Assembly: GCA_964187785.1 (NCBI GenBank)
Contig: OZ076409.1
Location: forward strand, 19,036,001 to 19,096,000
Direction: 5' to 3'
DNA: 60,000 bases
Origin: Amphiscolops sp. MND2022
Taxonomy: Eukaryota
The notes below the pieces were generated by a model, which did not search any database, had not been told where the DNA came from, and worked only from the letters and a program-made list of their open reading frames with translations. The position numbers were made by a program, and so were the translations under genes. This document shows positions 14,101-26,846 of the stretch, one piece after another; positions within the stretch are counted from its first letter, which is position 1; the number at the start of each line of letters is the position of its first letter.

Positions 14101-17100
14101 AAGCGTTCGGAGTTACGGCATTCCTATACCGATTCTCGATCTTCACGACCAGGGAACGTGGTTGACTTGAGATTGGAGCGAACCTTCTGGAACAAGAGTC
14201 ACAAATGAGCACGCTATATTTGATGCTTTGACGTTACTATATAAGTACCTGATGTTTCTTTGTTTCTTGAGTGAGAAGAAACAAAAAAGCTTTGGTTTAA
14301 CGTCTAGTGAGATTAAAGCAAAATAAAAACTCTTTGAAGACCAAAAAAGTTCACATTTTGGGTGCTTTCGGTAGTGTGAAAATGAGAATTGATTCATGAG
14401 AAACCTTGACGTTTTGAAATACTTTTGCTCTGTTTGAGACAGAGTACTCTTTGCGATCCCGGCTTGTTCAACATATGATTCATCAATTCATTTAATGCAA
14501 TAGTTCCAATTGAATAAACTTCCGGCGCGATCAAGGTGTGATACATTTTCATTTTGATTTACTTCGAAAAAAACTTCTCTCTGCTTGCAATCATTAGCTC
14601 GATTGATCATAAAAGCTTTCAAGAATTTTTTCAAACATAAATTATTAAAATGATGATTTCAGACATCTTTTCGTCTCATACCATTTAAGAGGTTACGAAA
14701 ATTGTTCAAATTTTCAGTTTTGCTGATTGAAATTCTTGAATAGTGTCAACGAGCTTTTTAATGAGTTGCTTTTGTGACCACAGTGTTTACAAGGACGTTT
14801 TTTTAGTCATCACTTGCAATATAGTTTTGAATTGGTGTTGTCTGCTGAAGCTAGGAAGTAGTTTTGAAAGGATATATTGATCATATGACATACCAAGTAT
14901 GGTCCTCCTGACGCCTTCCTTGTTTTTCTTGAACTCATGCTTCCTGAAGTATGATTGCGTCATCAATGTTACGTTATCATTCTAGAACCGAATATCAGAA
15001 ACATTTTTTTATCCTGTTCTTTTGAGAAAATGGGCCCAATATTTGAGGTATTCTCCGATATTTGAGCTTAGTCACCGCGGTGCTTGAAATGTTTAACTTG
15101 AGATTTCTTTCATTATTATCAAAGACTTTCACCTGTACCAAAAATCTAAATCTCGCTGCAACACTGCACTTCTTGCATTTTTTTTCTTGTGACATCAAAA
15201 CCGTAGTTATCATACATTACCGGGTTGACCCTCTTGCTAGCATCTTGGCTGTCTTGGCAAGATCTTATTAAATTCTTACTACATCTTGGAAGCCATGAAT
15301 ACCATGGCATTACAGTGCACAGGCAAGCTATTTTGCTGTTTTCGTGGAATCCGGGACACGAAAATTGAGAAAAGTCGTGGAATCCAGGACAAAATTTACC
15401 TTTGATGTTGAGCGTGTCTTGGATTCCACGACAGTGCTTGTCCTGGATTCCACGCCAACACTGCTGCTATAATGACACTTTTTGCCGCTGCTCTCTGATA
15501 GTTCCGCTGATTTTGAGTAATCATTTTTGGAAAGGTAGAAAAACTTCAATTAATTCAATTTTATATCAAAGGAAATTGTTTTGATTGACACGAAAAATCC
15601 CAAAGTACGAATAGAGATAAAATTGACTGGTACCAAAATTGAAGCATGTCATTAAAAAGTGGCAGATTTTGATGATCTGGCAGTTTCTTCAAAACTGGTA
15701 CTGAACTGAAAAATACGAATATTTGTGTAATATAATATTCATTTTGCATGATCATTATTAGAAAGGCAAAAGAACTTGAATTAAATCAATTTTATATCAA
15801 AGGAAATTGTTTTGATTGACACGAAAAATCCCAAAGTACGAAGAGATACTCGTGACTGGTACCAAAATTGAAGCATGTCATTAAAAAGTGGCAGATTTTT
15901 ATGATCTGGCAGTTTCTTCAAAACTGGTACTAAACTGAAAAATACAAAAATTTTGTGTGATATTGGTGTGATTGTCTGAATCATTTTGAATTATTATACG
16001 AAAAGTAGTGCATAATATTATGTTTGTTCAGTCTTCCACTTGAATTTAATTCAAGAAAAGATGCCGTGTCAAGCATAAAGTCGTGGAATCCAGGAAATTT
16101 ATGATTTTTGCAATCTGATTGGTTCATTTCGCAAAACTTACGTTTTTGTGGAATCCGGCACACCGCTGTATGCCGACAGTTCGTACAGCTAAGCATTTGT
16201 TACTGGAATCCACGACTAAATCTGTGGAATCCAGGACAAATGACGTAATTTGCCAATTTTGCACGGTTAAAGGTATGGTCGTGAAATCCGAGATATTGAA
16301 AGCACTATGTTGCGCTTTGAGCAAATAAGGCTTGCCTGTGCACTCTAATGGGCAAGATTCCAAGATCGAATCTTATCAAGGTCGAAAAAATTCTTAGATT
16401 TCAAAATTTCGATCAAGGGTGCTGAAAATAGCCACATTCGTGTAATAAATCTTTTGCCGGGTCTTTACGCGATTTCTCAGCCTGGACCTTGATTTCCTGT
16501 AAATATTCAAATTCTCTGAATCCAAACCTTATTCCAGTGGTTTTAGACCTTACAACTGTGAAATGAGAACCGACCTACAAGGTTTTTTTTGGAAATTTTT
16601 AGGGGTTTTCGGGGTGCAAGTGGTTAAAATATCGACATTTTGTGGGACTTTTAGATCTTATTCCAGAGATCTGAGTCCTTAGTCCAAAGATCAGTGGTCT
16701 TAGATCTTATTCCTGTGAAATGGAAACCGACGTAGGTTTTTTTTCAGGGGTTTTCAGTATGAAATTGGAGAAAATGTCGTCGTGATGAAATTTAGATTTT
16801 CCAGAGGTTTTAGTCCTAATTCCAATGGCTTTATATCTTTCACTATAATGAAAACCGACGAACACGGCTTTTTGTCCATTTATTGATTTTGTACGAATAA
16901 AATTGGAGAAAATGTCGGTTTGGGTCGTACAAGGTTTTTTCAGTGGAATTGGACGAAATATTGTCCGTCTGGGTGATTTCAGATCATGTTCCTTTCAGAT
17001 CGAAAATAGAAAAACGAGTTGAGTTATGATTATTTTTCAGAAGTGTTGGAAAAAAGATTTGGCGACTGCTATTCTTCAGTTTGCTGAAGTTTTTATTTGA

Positions 17101-18390
17101 AGTTCGAAATACCAGGATTCGACTCCTAGCTTGTCAATTTTCAACGAACATGGTTACCTCAGTCAGTCTTTGGAAACTGTGACCCGCATTGTCAGAGACA
17201 ACAACGCGTTTTGGCCACAAAGTGACAATAATGTATCTACGATATCGAAAAGGTTGAAAACATCATTCAGTAATTATGTTTTGAGCGATGTCTAGATTAT
17301 TTTTCCATAACTCTTAATTTAATTGTTTTCTGATTCTACTTTTTCGTAGCAATTTTTTTCTTGTCATATTCGGCTTCTTAGTAAGATTTTTCTTGCCATA
17401 TTGGGCTTCTTAGTAAGATTTTTCTTGCCATATTGGGCTTCTTAGTAAGATTTTTTTGGAAACATGGCTCTCTTGGTAAGATCTTACCATGGCATCTTGG
17501 CAATATCTTGTCACGATCTTAGCTAAGATTTTTCCAAGATCTTGGCAAGATCTTGCCAAGATCTTACTATGATATCCATGGAGGGTCGACCCGGGCACCT
17601 ACTTACTTTCAATCTGTGGAATGTTTGACGTGGAAAGAGGCAAGAAAGACGTGCAAATCAGTATTATTGGATCCTACTTAGTCAAGATCAGGATCCTTTT
17701 CAACCAAGAATCAAGTAGCGTTCGGGAGCGGTCGGTCCGCAGTCGAGCAGCGAATTCAGGACGGCGGAATTTTTGTTCGAGTGAAGATATGAAGCAGCCG
17801 TTAAAAACTGTAAAAATGTTTTAGGCAAATGTTATGTAGGACTTGCAAGTATGATCCAGACTTTTTGCAAAAGATATCCATGTACATTTCAGATTCTGAA
17901 TTTGCCTGCAAAATGGAGCATGTAAGAGTTGTAGGTTTTGTCTGAAAGTTTGGCAAAATGCAAGTCAATTGCATATAATGTCTGACTTTTTTTACTCGGG
18001 CGAGATAGCAAGAACTTTGTACGTTTTAGATGTTTCAATTGCCGAAGTTTCAGTTACCAAAATCTAAAACATCCAACTTTTGATAAAGGAACCGAAAATT
18101 GATTGGACTCATTTGATGGCCAATGTCATAAATAAACTCTAGTCTATGAATTTGTATTATAAAAAGGCAATTTGTATTATTCAATCAACTAAGATGAATT
18201 GACGATTTGAAAGTGATTGTGATTTTCCCTGTAAACTTTTCCCAAGTCATTGTGTTTTGGCTTGAAATGCCTGAACAAGACTGAAAATGTCACAAACCTG
18301 TTTGGCGACTTTGGCCAGTGTGTATATGTAAGCCCTCTCGTAGTCAGCGGCCGAAAATGGCATCACTATCTTGTGCAAGATCAGTTTCAT
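8197..18390 (-). CDS. Phosphatidylinositol transfer protein (START-like PITP domain) with acidic C-terminal extension; predicted exons 18390-18298, 14981-14894, 11491-10930, 10139-10016, 9262-8965, 8492-8197 (486 aa)
   Basis: PITP motifs in order: MKLILHKIVMPFSAADYERAYIYTLAK, ETGKGSGIEV, QYTHKVFH, EDAWNCYP, IDI, DPTKYRSEKAGIGPL, MCAYKL, HKMMFCLMDEWYPMSLK|EIQEFE. All introns are GT-AG with matching phases; total 1461 nt; AATAAA follows the stop. Exon 2 and the last exon are the least certain. Confidence 0.85.
9458..9507. repeat. 50-bp near-perfect palindrome in a PITP intron
   Basis: TAGTTACTTGACGATTTTAGTTACT|AGTAACTAAAATAGTCAAGTAACTA, one mismatch. Confidence 0.85.
11771..11981. mobile_element. 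Fold-back/MITE-like hairpin element
   Basis: ~70-bp imperfect inverted arms CCATTTTGGGTATTTTTC...GAAAAATACCCAAAATGG. Confidence 0.6.
12260..12410 (+). mobile_element. 3' remnant of a CR1/L2-like LINE ORF2
   Basis: Translates KKSRLGSKRNVLRVAAVADWDALPDAVV..(frameshift)AFKTRFD*YW, matching the W-N-x-L-P..V-V...F-K-x-R-L-D C-terminal motif. Confidence 0.6.
12941..14471. mobile_element. Non-autonomous dispersed repeat(s), HINE/DINE-like (Helentron-associated); probably two copies in opposite orientation
   Basis: 15-bp inverted ends TTGAACAAGCCGGGA/TCCCGGCTTGTTCAA; subterminal IR AGTCGGCGCC (12964)/GGCGCCGACT (13406) plus a stem-loop; related pieces near 55185 and 57490. Confidence 0.45.
15219..17595. 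mobile_element. Non-autonomous TIR element with AAGATCTT-rich subterminal repeats, hosting a nested MITE
   Basis: ACCGGGTTGACCCTC...GAGGGTCGACCCGGG inverted ends; 31-bp tandem repeat near 17370-17455; no clear TSD. Confidence 0.5.
15308..16350. mobile_element. Longer member of the CATTACAGTGCA MITE family, 2-bp TSD GG, with an internal ~230-bp tandem duplication
   Basis: CATTACAGTGCACAGGCAAGC...GCTTGCCTGTGCACTCTAATG flanked by GG/GG; 3' part homologous to 2030-2140. Confidence 0.75.
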
Positions 18391-19327
18391 GTTTAAGTTC
18401 CACTCTGATGTTAGTTTCTATGCTAGCCATTGACTTTCTTGGAAAGATGCTGACTGCTCTGTTTTCGAATTTCCGGAATTTCTGAAGAAAAAATGCAATC
18501 ATTTTACGTTCCTTTGCAAGTATTCATTAACACTGGATCGAAAGCATGACTTCTCTTTTCCTCGTCTAAAAGTAATAATAATTGTTACAAAATACTGTAG
18601 TTGCAAATTACTTAATAATAAATTTTTATAGACTTTATGCTATCGATCAATAACACTGAAATAGGTTATTTATTTTGTTACCACCAACATTATATCACAT
18701 GAACGAGTGATTTTCTTGTTTCAGCTGAAACTTCGCAGGTAAGAGGATTTTTTAAATGTCAAAATTTGAGAAGAAAACCAATGGCGACGTTTATTCAGTT
18801 AGAGTCTCTACAGTAGTCAGTTTTTTTGTCGAGATCGAGTAGGGAAGTTTCGGAGTGGTCGTAAGTTCGTAGTTTCACATTCTGCTCGCTTTTTCTTAAT
18901 GACTCAGAATGTCTGAATTGGTTAGCTGTCAACAATGAGTCACTGTTGGGTTTGTTCACGGTTTGATAAGAGAAGCTTTTTAAGAAGACACCTTTCTGCT
19001 AGCTTATATCAGTCAAATGATGAATTCAGTGCAATAATTATAAATTACGGTTCAATAGAATTTTCATCAGTCCATTATCCAACTTTTGGTTCAAAACCTC
19101 ATAAAATAACTATAAAGAGAATAGATTTTTAATCACCATTTTCACCATGTATTAATCTTTTTCAGCAAGCAAATGATTCTTTGTTTCAGTGAGTTGCCAT
19201 AAAATTCATTTCCAAACATCCAAAAACATTCAGAAAACACATTTACTTCTCTTTTAGCTAAAAAAAATCATAAACGTTCAACCTTAGATTTGACAGCTTA
19301 CTACATCTAAGTAGGAACAGTAGTAAT

Positions 19328-22300
19328 AGCAGGGGGGAGGGGGGGGTTAAATGATGTTTTGGGCTCCCAACCGAAATTATTCTAAGTCAGAAACTTATCT
19401 CACGTTTTGGGCTCCCAAACCGAAAATTTTATAAGTCAGAAAGGTCAAAGATCATTTTGTTTGAACTGTCAAATTTTGTATATTTTATCACTCGGCTGTC
19501 AAATTTCATTTACTATACGTCAAAATTGACTTTTCTGACTTAAAATAATCTCGACTCGGGAGCCCAAAAAGTGCAATGAGAATCTGAGAATAATTTCGGC
19601 CAAAGAGCTGTAAACATGCACGAACTTGCAGCTATAAGTCCGTGATCATTGAATCTTAGCTACTTTAGACCTATAGTATTGTACTATATATTGAATGATA
19701 GATCGAATATAAGACCTAGACGACCGTGTTCAATGGATCTCAGCTACTTTAGACCTACAGTATGAGCTGTATTTTGAAAGATAGATGAAATACTAATCCT
19801 ACACGACCGTGTTCAACGAATCTTAGCTACTTTACACCTATAGTATTGAACTGTATACTGGAAAAAAGATGGAAAATAAATCATACGACCGTTTTCATCG
19901 AATCTTAGCTATTTGACCTATAGTATGGTTTTGTCTGCTGAAAGATAGATCGAACAAAGGTCCTATACGGCTCTGTTCATTGATTCTTAGCTACTTTACA
20001 CCTATAGTATGGAACTGTATATTGAAAAAAATGACCAAATATAAGTCATACGACCGTGTTCATCGAATCGTAGCTCCTTTAGAAATATAGTATGGTACTG
20101 TATATTGAAAAATAGATCGAATATAAGTCCAAAACTACCGTGTTCATCGAATCTTAGCTACTTTATGAATATAGTATGGTAATGTATAATGAAAGATAGA
20201 TCGAATATGAGTCCTATACGACCGTGTTCATTGATTCTTAGCTACTTTACACCAATAATATGGTACTGTATATTGAAAAATAGATCGAACAAAGGTCTTA
20301 TACGCATGTGTTCATTGAATCTCAGCTACTTTACTCCTATAGTATGGTACTGTATATGAAAGATAGATCAATTACAGTTCATAAAGTTCCTATACGTCTG
20401 TGTTCATTGAATCTTAGCTACTTTAGACCAATCGTATTGTACTGTATATGGAAAAATAAATCGAATATTAGTCCTATCCGAAAGTGTTCATCGAATCTTA
20501 GCTACTTTAGACTTTTTGTATGGATCTGTATTTTGAGAAATAGATCGGATATAAGTCCAAGACTATCGTGTTCGTCGAATCTTAGCTACTTTAGAAATAT
20601 AGCACAAAGTTCTTTAGAATATAGTATATAGTTCTATATAAAGTGTATGGAAATATAGAAATAAAGCTTCTATAAAATAGCTAAGATTCGATGAACACGG
20701 TCGTATAGGACTTATATTCGATCTATCTTTCAATATGCATTACTATAGTAATGTATATTAGAAGATAGATTGAATATAAGTCATTTACGGCTGTGTTCAT
20801 TGGATCTTAGCTATTTTATTCCTATAGTATGGTACTGTATATTGTAAGATAGATCAAATAAAAAACCTATAAGACCGTGTTGATTGAATCTTGGCTACTT
20901 GACCTATAGTATGGTTTTGTATGTTGAAAGATAAATCAAATATTTGTCCTATACGATAGTGTTCATCGAATCTCACCTACTTCAGACTGCATAAAACGGA
21001 ACTGTATTTTGAACAATACATCGAGTATAAGTCCAATAGTACCGTGTTCATCGATTCTTAGCTACTTTCGACCTACAATACGGTACTTTATTTTGAAAAG
21101 TAGATCAAAAAAAGGTCCTATACGCATGTGGTCATTGAATCTCAGCAGGGGGGAGGGGGGGGGGTTAAATGATGTTTTGGGCTCCCAACCGAAATTATTC
21201 TAAGTCAGAAACTTATCTCACGTTTTGGGCTCCCAAACCGAAAATTTTATAAGTCAGAAAGGTCAAAGATCATTTTGTTTGAACTGTCAAATTTTGTATA
21301 TTTTATCACTCGGCTGTCAAATTTCATTTACTATACGTCAAAATTGACTTTTCTGACTTAAAATAATCTCGACTCGGGAGCCCAAAAAGTGCAATGAGAA
21401 TCTGAGAATAATTTCGGCCAAAGAGCTGTAAACATGCACGAACTTGCAGCTATAAGTCCGTGATCATTGAATCTTAGCTACTTTAGACCTATAGTATTGT
21501 ACTATATATTGAATGATAGATCGAATATAAGACCTAGACGACCGTGTTCAATGGATCTCAGCTACTTTAGACCTACAGTATGAGCTGTATTTTGAAAGAT
21601 AGATGAAATACTAATCCTACACGACCGTGTTCAACGAATCTTAGCTACTTTACACCTATAGTATTGAACTGTATACTGGAAAAAAGATGGAAAATAAATC
21701 ATACGACCGTTTTCATCGAATCTTAGCTATTTGACCTATAGTATGGTTTTGTCTGCTGAAAGATAGATCGAACAAAGGTCCTATACGGCTCTGTTCATTG
21801 ATTCTTAGCTACTTTACACCTATAGTATGGAACTGTATATTGAAAAAAATGACCAAATATAAGTCATACGACCGTGTTCATCGAATCGTAGCTCCTTTAG
21901 AAATATAGTATGGTACTGTATATTGAAAAATAGATCGAATATAAGTCCAAAACTACCGTGTTCATCGAATCTTAGCTACTTTATGAATATAGTATGGTAA
22001 TGTATAATGAAAGAAAGATCGAATATGAGTCCTATACGACCGTGTTCATTGATTCTTAGCTACTTTACACCAATAATATGGTACTGTATATTGAAAAATA
22101 GATCGAACAAAGGTCTTATACGCATGTGTTCATTGAATCTCAGCTACTTTACTCCTATAGTATGGTACTGTATATGAAAGATAGATCAATTATAGTTCAT
22201 AAAGTTCCTATACGTCTGTGTTCATTGAATCTTAGCTACTTTAGACCAATCGTATTGTACTGTATATGGAAAAATAAATCGAATATTAGTCCTATCCGAA

Positions 22301-22964
22301 AGTGTTCATCGAATCTTAGCTACTTTAGACTTTTTGTATGGATCTGTATTTTGAGAAATAGATCGGATATAAGTCCAAGACTATCGTGTTCGTCGAATCT
22401 TAGCTACTTTAGAAATATAGCACAAAGTTCTTTAGAATATAGTATATAGTTCTATTTAAAGTGTATGGAAATATAGAAATAAAGCTTCTATAAAATAGCT
22501 AAGATTCGATGAACACGGTCGTATAGGACTTATATTCGATCTATCTTTCAATATGCATTACTATAGTAATGTATATTAGAAGATAGATTGAATATAAGTC
22601 ATATACGGCTGTGTTCATTGGATCTTAGCTATTTTATTCCTATAGTATGGTACTGTATATTGTAAGATAGATCAAATAAAAAACCTATAAGACCGTGTTG
22701 ATTGAATCTTGGCTACTTGACCTATAGTATGGTTTTGTATGTTGAAAGATAAATCAAATATTTGTCCTATACGATAGTGTTCATCGAATCTCACCTACTT
22801 CAGACTGCATAAAACGGAACTGTATTTTGAACAATACATCGAGTATAAGTCCAATAGTACCATGTTCATCGATTCTTAGCTACTTTCGACCTACAATACG
22901 GTACTTTATTTTGAAAAGTAGATCAAAAAAAGGTCCTATACGCATGTGGTCATTGAATCTCAGC
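19328..22964. repeat. ~1.82-kb tandem duplication of TIR plus satellite
   Basis: 19328-21143 repeats at 21144-22964; ORFs 20308/22126 offset 1818; AGC microhomology at the junction. Confidence 0.95.
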
Positions 22965-23130
22965 TACTTTAGTCCTATCGTATTGTACTGTATATGGAAA
23001 GATAAATCGAATATAAACCGTATACGAAAATGTTCATCGAATCTTAGGTACTTTAGACTTATTGTTTGGAACTGTATAATGAAAAATAGATCGAATATAA
23101 GTCCAATACGAACGTGTTCATCGACACTTA
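19640..23130 (+). repeat. 84-bp satellite array, left arm (interrupted by a duplicated terminal segment at ~21144-21460)
   Basis: Monomer ~TTGAAAGATAGATCGAATATAAGTCCTATACGACCGTGTTCATCGAATCTTAGCTACTTTAGACCTATAGTATGGTACTGTATA. Confidence 0.95.
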
Positions 23131-23534
23131 GCTTGATATAAACAAACAAAAAATATGTTGACATCTCAAACGAGCTTCCAATCCAAGTTGAACTTAGAAG
23201 TTTCCAATTTCCCTTATAGTGGTCAATATCGCCACAGACTCAACTGAAATCTGAGCGAGTTGATTCAACGATGTCTGGAGATATAAACAAACTGAAACTA
23301 TCTTGACAACTCAAACGAACTTCCCATTCAAGTTGAACATTGAAGTTTCCATTCATACTGATAGTCAATATCAACAACGAATCAACTTAACATTTCTATG
23401 TTGTCTATTGAAAGTGAAACAAACGGATCTAGGAATTGATAAAACCAAACCTGATTCAGATAAAAACCGTTTCTACTATCATAACACTTTTTGACGATAA
23501 ACGCTGTTGGACGAAGTTCTGCAACAAACACGCA

Positions 23535-24129
23535 ATGGACAAATCCGGATCGATTGAAGCAATTATTGGCCCTATGTTTAGCGGGAAAACGACTGAGCTT
23601 CTCAGACGGGTCAAACGTTATAGTCATCGTCAAAAATCCTGGGTCGTGGTCAAATACGCAGGTGATTTGAGATATAGCTCCACGCAGGTTGTTTCTCACG
23701 ACGGGCAATCACTTGAAGCAATTGGGACATTTACACTAGATGCAGTTTACGAAAAAATGTCGCAATAAGACGTTTTAGGTAAGTTGTGGTACCTTACTTT
23801 TCCATTCTGTTTATCTGGACAATTGCTCAGAAATCATTTCAGGCATTGACGAAGAACAATGTTTCGATGACATTGTTGAAATGTTTGACCAATAGGGTAT
23901 GGCAGGGAAAAATGTCATCGTCGCGGCACTGATTGGTAATCACCGCAGAGAGAGCTTCAAAAAAACTCTCAATCTCCTACCCAAAGTTGAAACAATTAAG
24001 ATGTTGACTGCTACTTGTGGTATGTGTTCGGAAGAGAAAAGTTGTTTCACAAGGCATCAATCATTATTGGAACCAGAAGAAACAACAATTGGTGGTAAAA
24101 ACGAATTTATCACACTGTGCCGCAAGTGA
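23535..24129 (+). pseudogene. TK1: Thymidine kinase (TK1/type II) pseudogene, two exons (23535-23778, 23843-24129)
   Basis: GPMFSGKTTELLRR, KYAGDLRY, SHD, G|IDEEQCF, GKNVIVAAL, LTATCGMC, IGG..LCRK; 64-bp GT-AG intron; premature stops at 23766 and 23893. Confidence 0.92.
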
Positions 24130-26846
24130 TGGAAACTCGAAGAACAAAACTAATGAAGAAATTGAGCAGTTCAACCTCGGTCACAAACACTTAATTCGCC
24201 ACTAAATAACTCTGATTTTCATGTGTAACCGGTGAAGGTAAAAGATTTAGTTTCAAACTTTTCTAATCAGAGAACACATAGTGCAAAATAGTCCAGTGAA
24301 CAATTTCATGATTTAGGAGCTTGAGTTATTTATAGGTTGTGGATGTTCAACTGGTGAGGTGCACTAATTTGTTTTTTGTGCTATAGAGGTTTCTTTCAAC
24401 ACCAATTTCAATCATTGCTTTGAAAGTTAAAAAATTAAAAATAATTGTGTCAATTCTGTGAATAATTCTTTTTTCGGTCTCTTGTGCTGCACAAGCAAGC
24501 AGTGAATCTTTCAAAAACCCGCGAGAATGTTTTTTGACAAAAACTTGCTCATTTTCATCTCCTTGAACTGTCAGCAAGTTTCAGATAACTTCCTGCGCAT
24601 ACACCAGTCTCCATTTTCAACAAAACAAATCAAATTAGGTTTTGGAACGAGTGATTAAGAGTCGTCCGATTGTGCTGCCACGGGAACGTCTGATTTGATA
24701 TCCAACGTTCCCTTGTTTAAATTTTCTGTTTGCAGAAAACTTCGCCGTTACAATACTTGGGCGAAAAGGTAAAAATTTCCTCGTTGAAAACAGCCTAATT
24801 TTCCAGGTATTTTCCCCCACAAATTATCGAATTTTTTTATTTCAAACATTGTGCTTCTTGTGTTGAAATTGAGTGTCCGGTAACGCTGAGACGAAAACTT
24901 CAATTAAAGCAGGCAGTGTGGTCTGAGTTATTAGTCCTGCAGCTAGATACCATACTAATCTAAACTGCATCGAGCGATCAAATCACTGGGGTCACACTAC
25001 TGTTTTGATGGGACAATCGAAGACTAGTTGCTCATCTCGTGAAGTCCTACATAAACTGCTTCGGGTTTGATTCATCACTGACGGATTGCCGGCTCACTCA
25101 TTGATTTCAAAGGGACTTCTTCATCGAAATGAGGCTCCTGAGGCAACTGGCCAAAAACCAAATGACGTCGAAAAAACTGTGACTTTCACGAAGCAGAGGT
25201 ATTTTTAAGACTTCAAGTTGTTTTTTACAGCTGTTCAGTATTCACATTTCGGTGCCAATCGTACCGTACCAACTTAACTCCAAGCAGGAAATGGTAAAAT
25301 TCGATAATTTGTGGGGAATAATTTTGATACAAATAGAATCCGTTCTGGAGTCGGGCTTTGGAAAAGTAATTGTAAGTTGCTTTTGACTTAGAGTTTTCTA
25401 GAGTACACGTTCAGAAAGTTTTTCTTGAAACTGTTATGAAGTTGTTCCAACACTGCCGACGTCAACTGAACATACAAGGTTTGCGAAGGTTCATGAAAAC
25501 TAATTTTGCGCCAGGATTCACCAAATTCATCTCGCGATTCATAATGAAAGTGCTAGCAAGAACAACATGTTCTTGGTCACTCTGTAGGACTAATAATTCA
25601 ATTTTCTTCAGTGGATTTCCAAACCAGTATTCAGATGTTGCAAGTCAGATTCCTTCTTCGTATTCAGTCATACACACCAACAACAGCAGCAGCAATTCAA
25701 GTTCTTCTCAGAAGAACAGACACAGCAATCCCAGTTTAGCCACTGTTCTGATACTGTGCGATCGCTGTATACGAGTCAGATGAATTCGTATAAAACTGCA
25801 AGATCCAACTCTGACCACTGAGACTATTTACGTTCAAGTCTCTTTCTTGAGCTTTCAAAACTCAATTTTCATTCAATGAGTCGAGATGCTACATTTTCAT
25901 ATCATCTTTTCTTCAAAACTCAGGCTCCCTGCGCTCATCCGGGAACAAATACACGTTCTGCTTCCATCGGCGCATAGCCTTCTCCCTGCTGCTCGTATTG
26001 GAGTTGGTAAAATTGGTAGCTTGATTGCAGTTCTCTAGGTATGTTTCTTTGCGTAGTGAAATCAGTGACTCAATGAACAGTTTGTTGCTATGCATTTTTT
26101 GTTGATTGTCTGACACCAACCAAACAACAATCAGACTTGGCTCAGTCACGATGCTCGCAGCAAATTACCAGGAAAACCAGGCTGTATTTGGGCAATGAAA
26201 TTTCCACCAATTCGCCCAAGTAATGTAATTGCCAAGTTTTCTGAAAACCGAAAATTTAAACAAGGGAACGTCGGATATCAAATCAGACGTTCCCGTGGCA
26301 GCACATTCGGACCCTTAATCACCCGTTTCAAAACTCTACTTGATTTGATTAGTTGAAAATGGAAACAGTGTATGCGCCGGAAGTTTTCTAAAAATTGCTG
26401 ACAGTTCAAAGAGATAAAAATGAGCAAGTTTTTGTCAAAGAAACATCATCGCGAGTTTTTATAAGGTTCACTGCTTGCTTGTGCAGCACAAAAGACCGAA
26501 AAAAGAATTATTCGCAGAGTTGACACAAATATCGTTATTTTTTAAACTTTCAAAGCAATGAAGGAAATTGGTGTTGAAAGAAAACTCTATAGCGCAGAAA
26601 AAGAATTAGTGCACCTCACCAGTTGAACATCCACAACCAATATTTAGCTCAAGCTCCCAAGTCCTGAAATTGTTCACTGGAATATTTTGCATTATGTGTT
26701 CTCTGATTACAAAAGTTTGAAATACAATGTTTTACTTTCACGGGTTACACATGAAAATCAGAGTTTTTTAGTTGCTAATTAAGTGTTTCTGGTCTAGGTT
26801 GAAATGCTCAATTTCTTCATTAGTTTTGTTCTTCGAGTTTCCAGCA

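Noticed and set aside
19640..23141. 84-bp (28-codon) repeat as a C2H2 zinc-finger or LRR coding array; ORFs such as 20308-20631
   Set aside because: No C-x2-C/H-x3-H spacing. The LRR-like frame (DLSFN) has a TAG in the best-conserved part, and frequent indels break the one stop-poor frame.
23766..23895. TAA/TAG in TK as stop-codon reassignment
   Set aside because: The mirror copy has sense codons at these sites and different lesions elsewhere; this is ordinary pseudogenisation.
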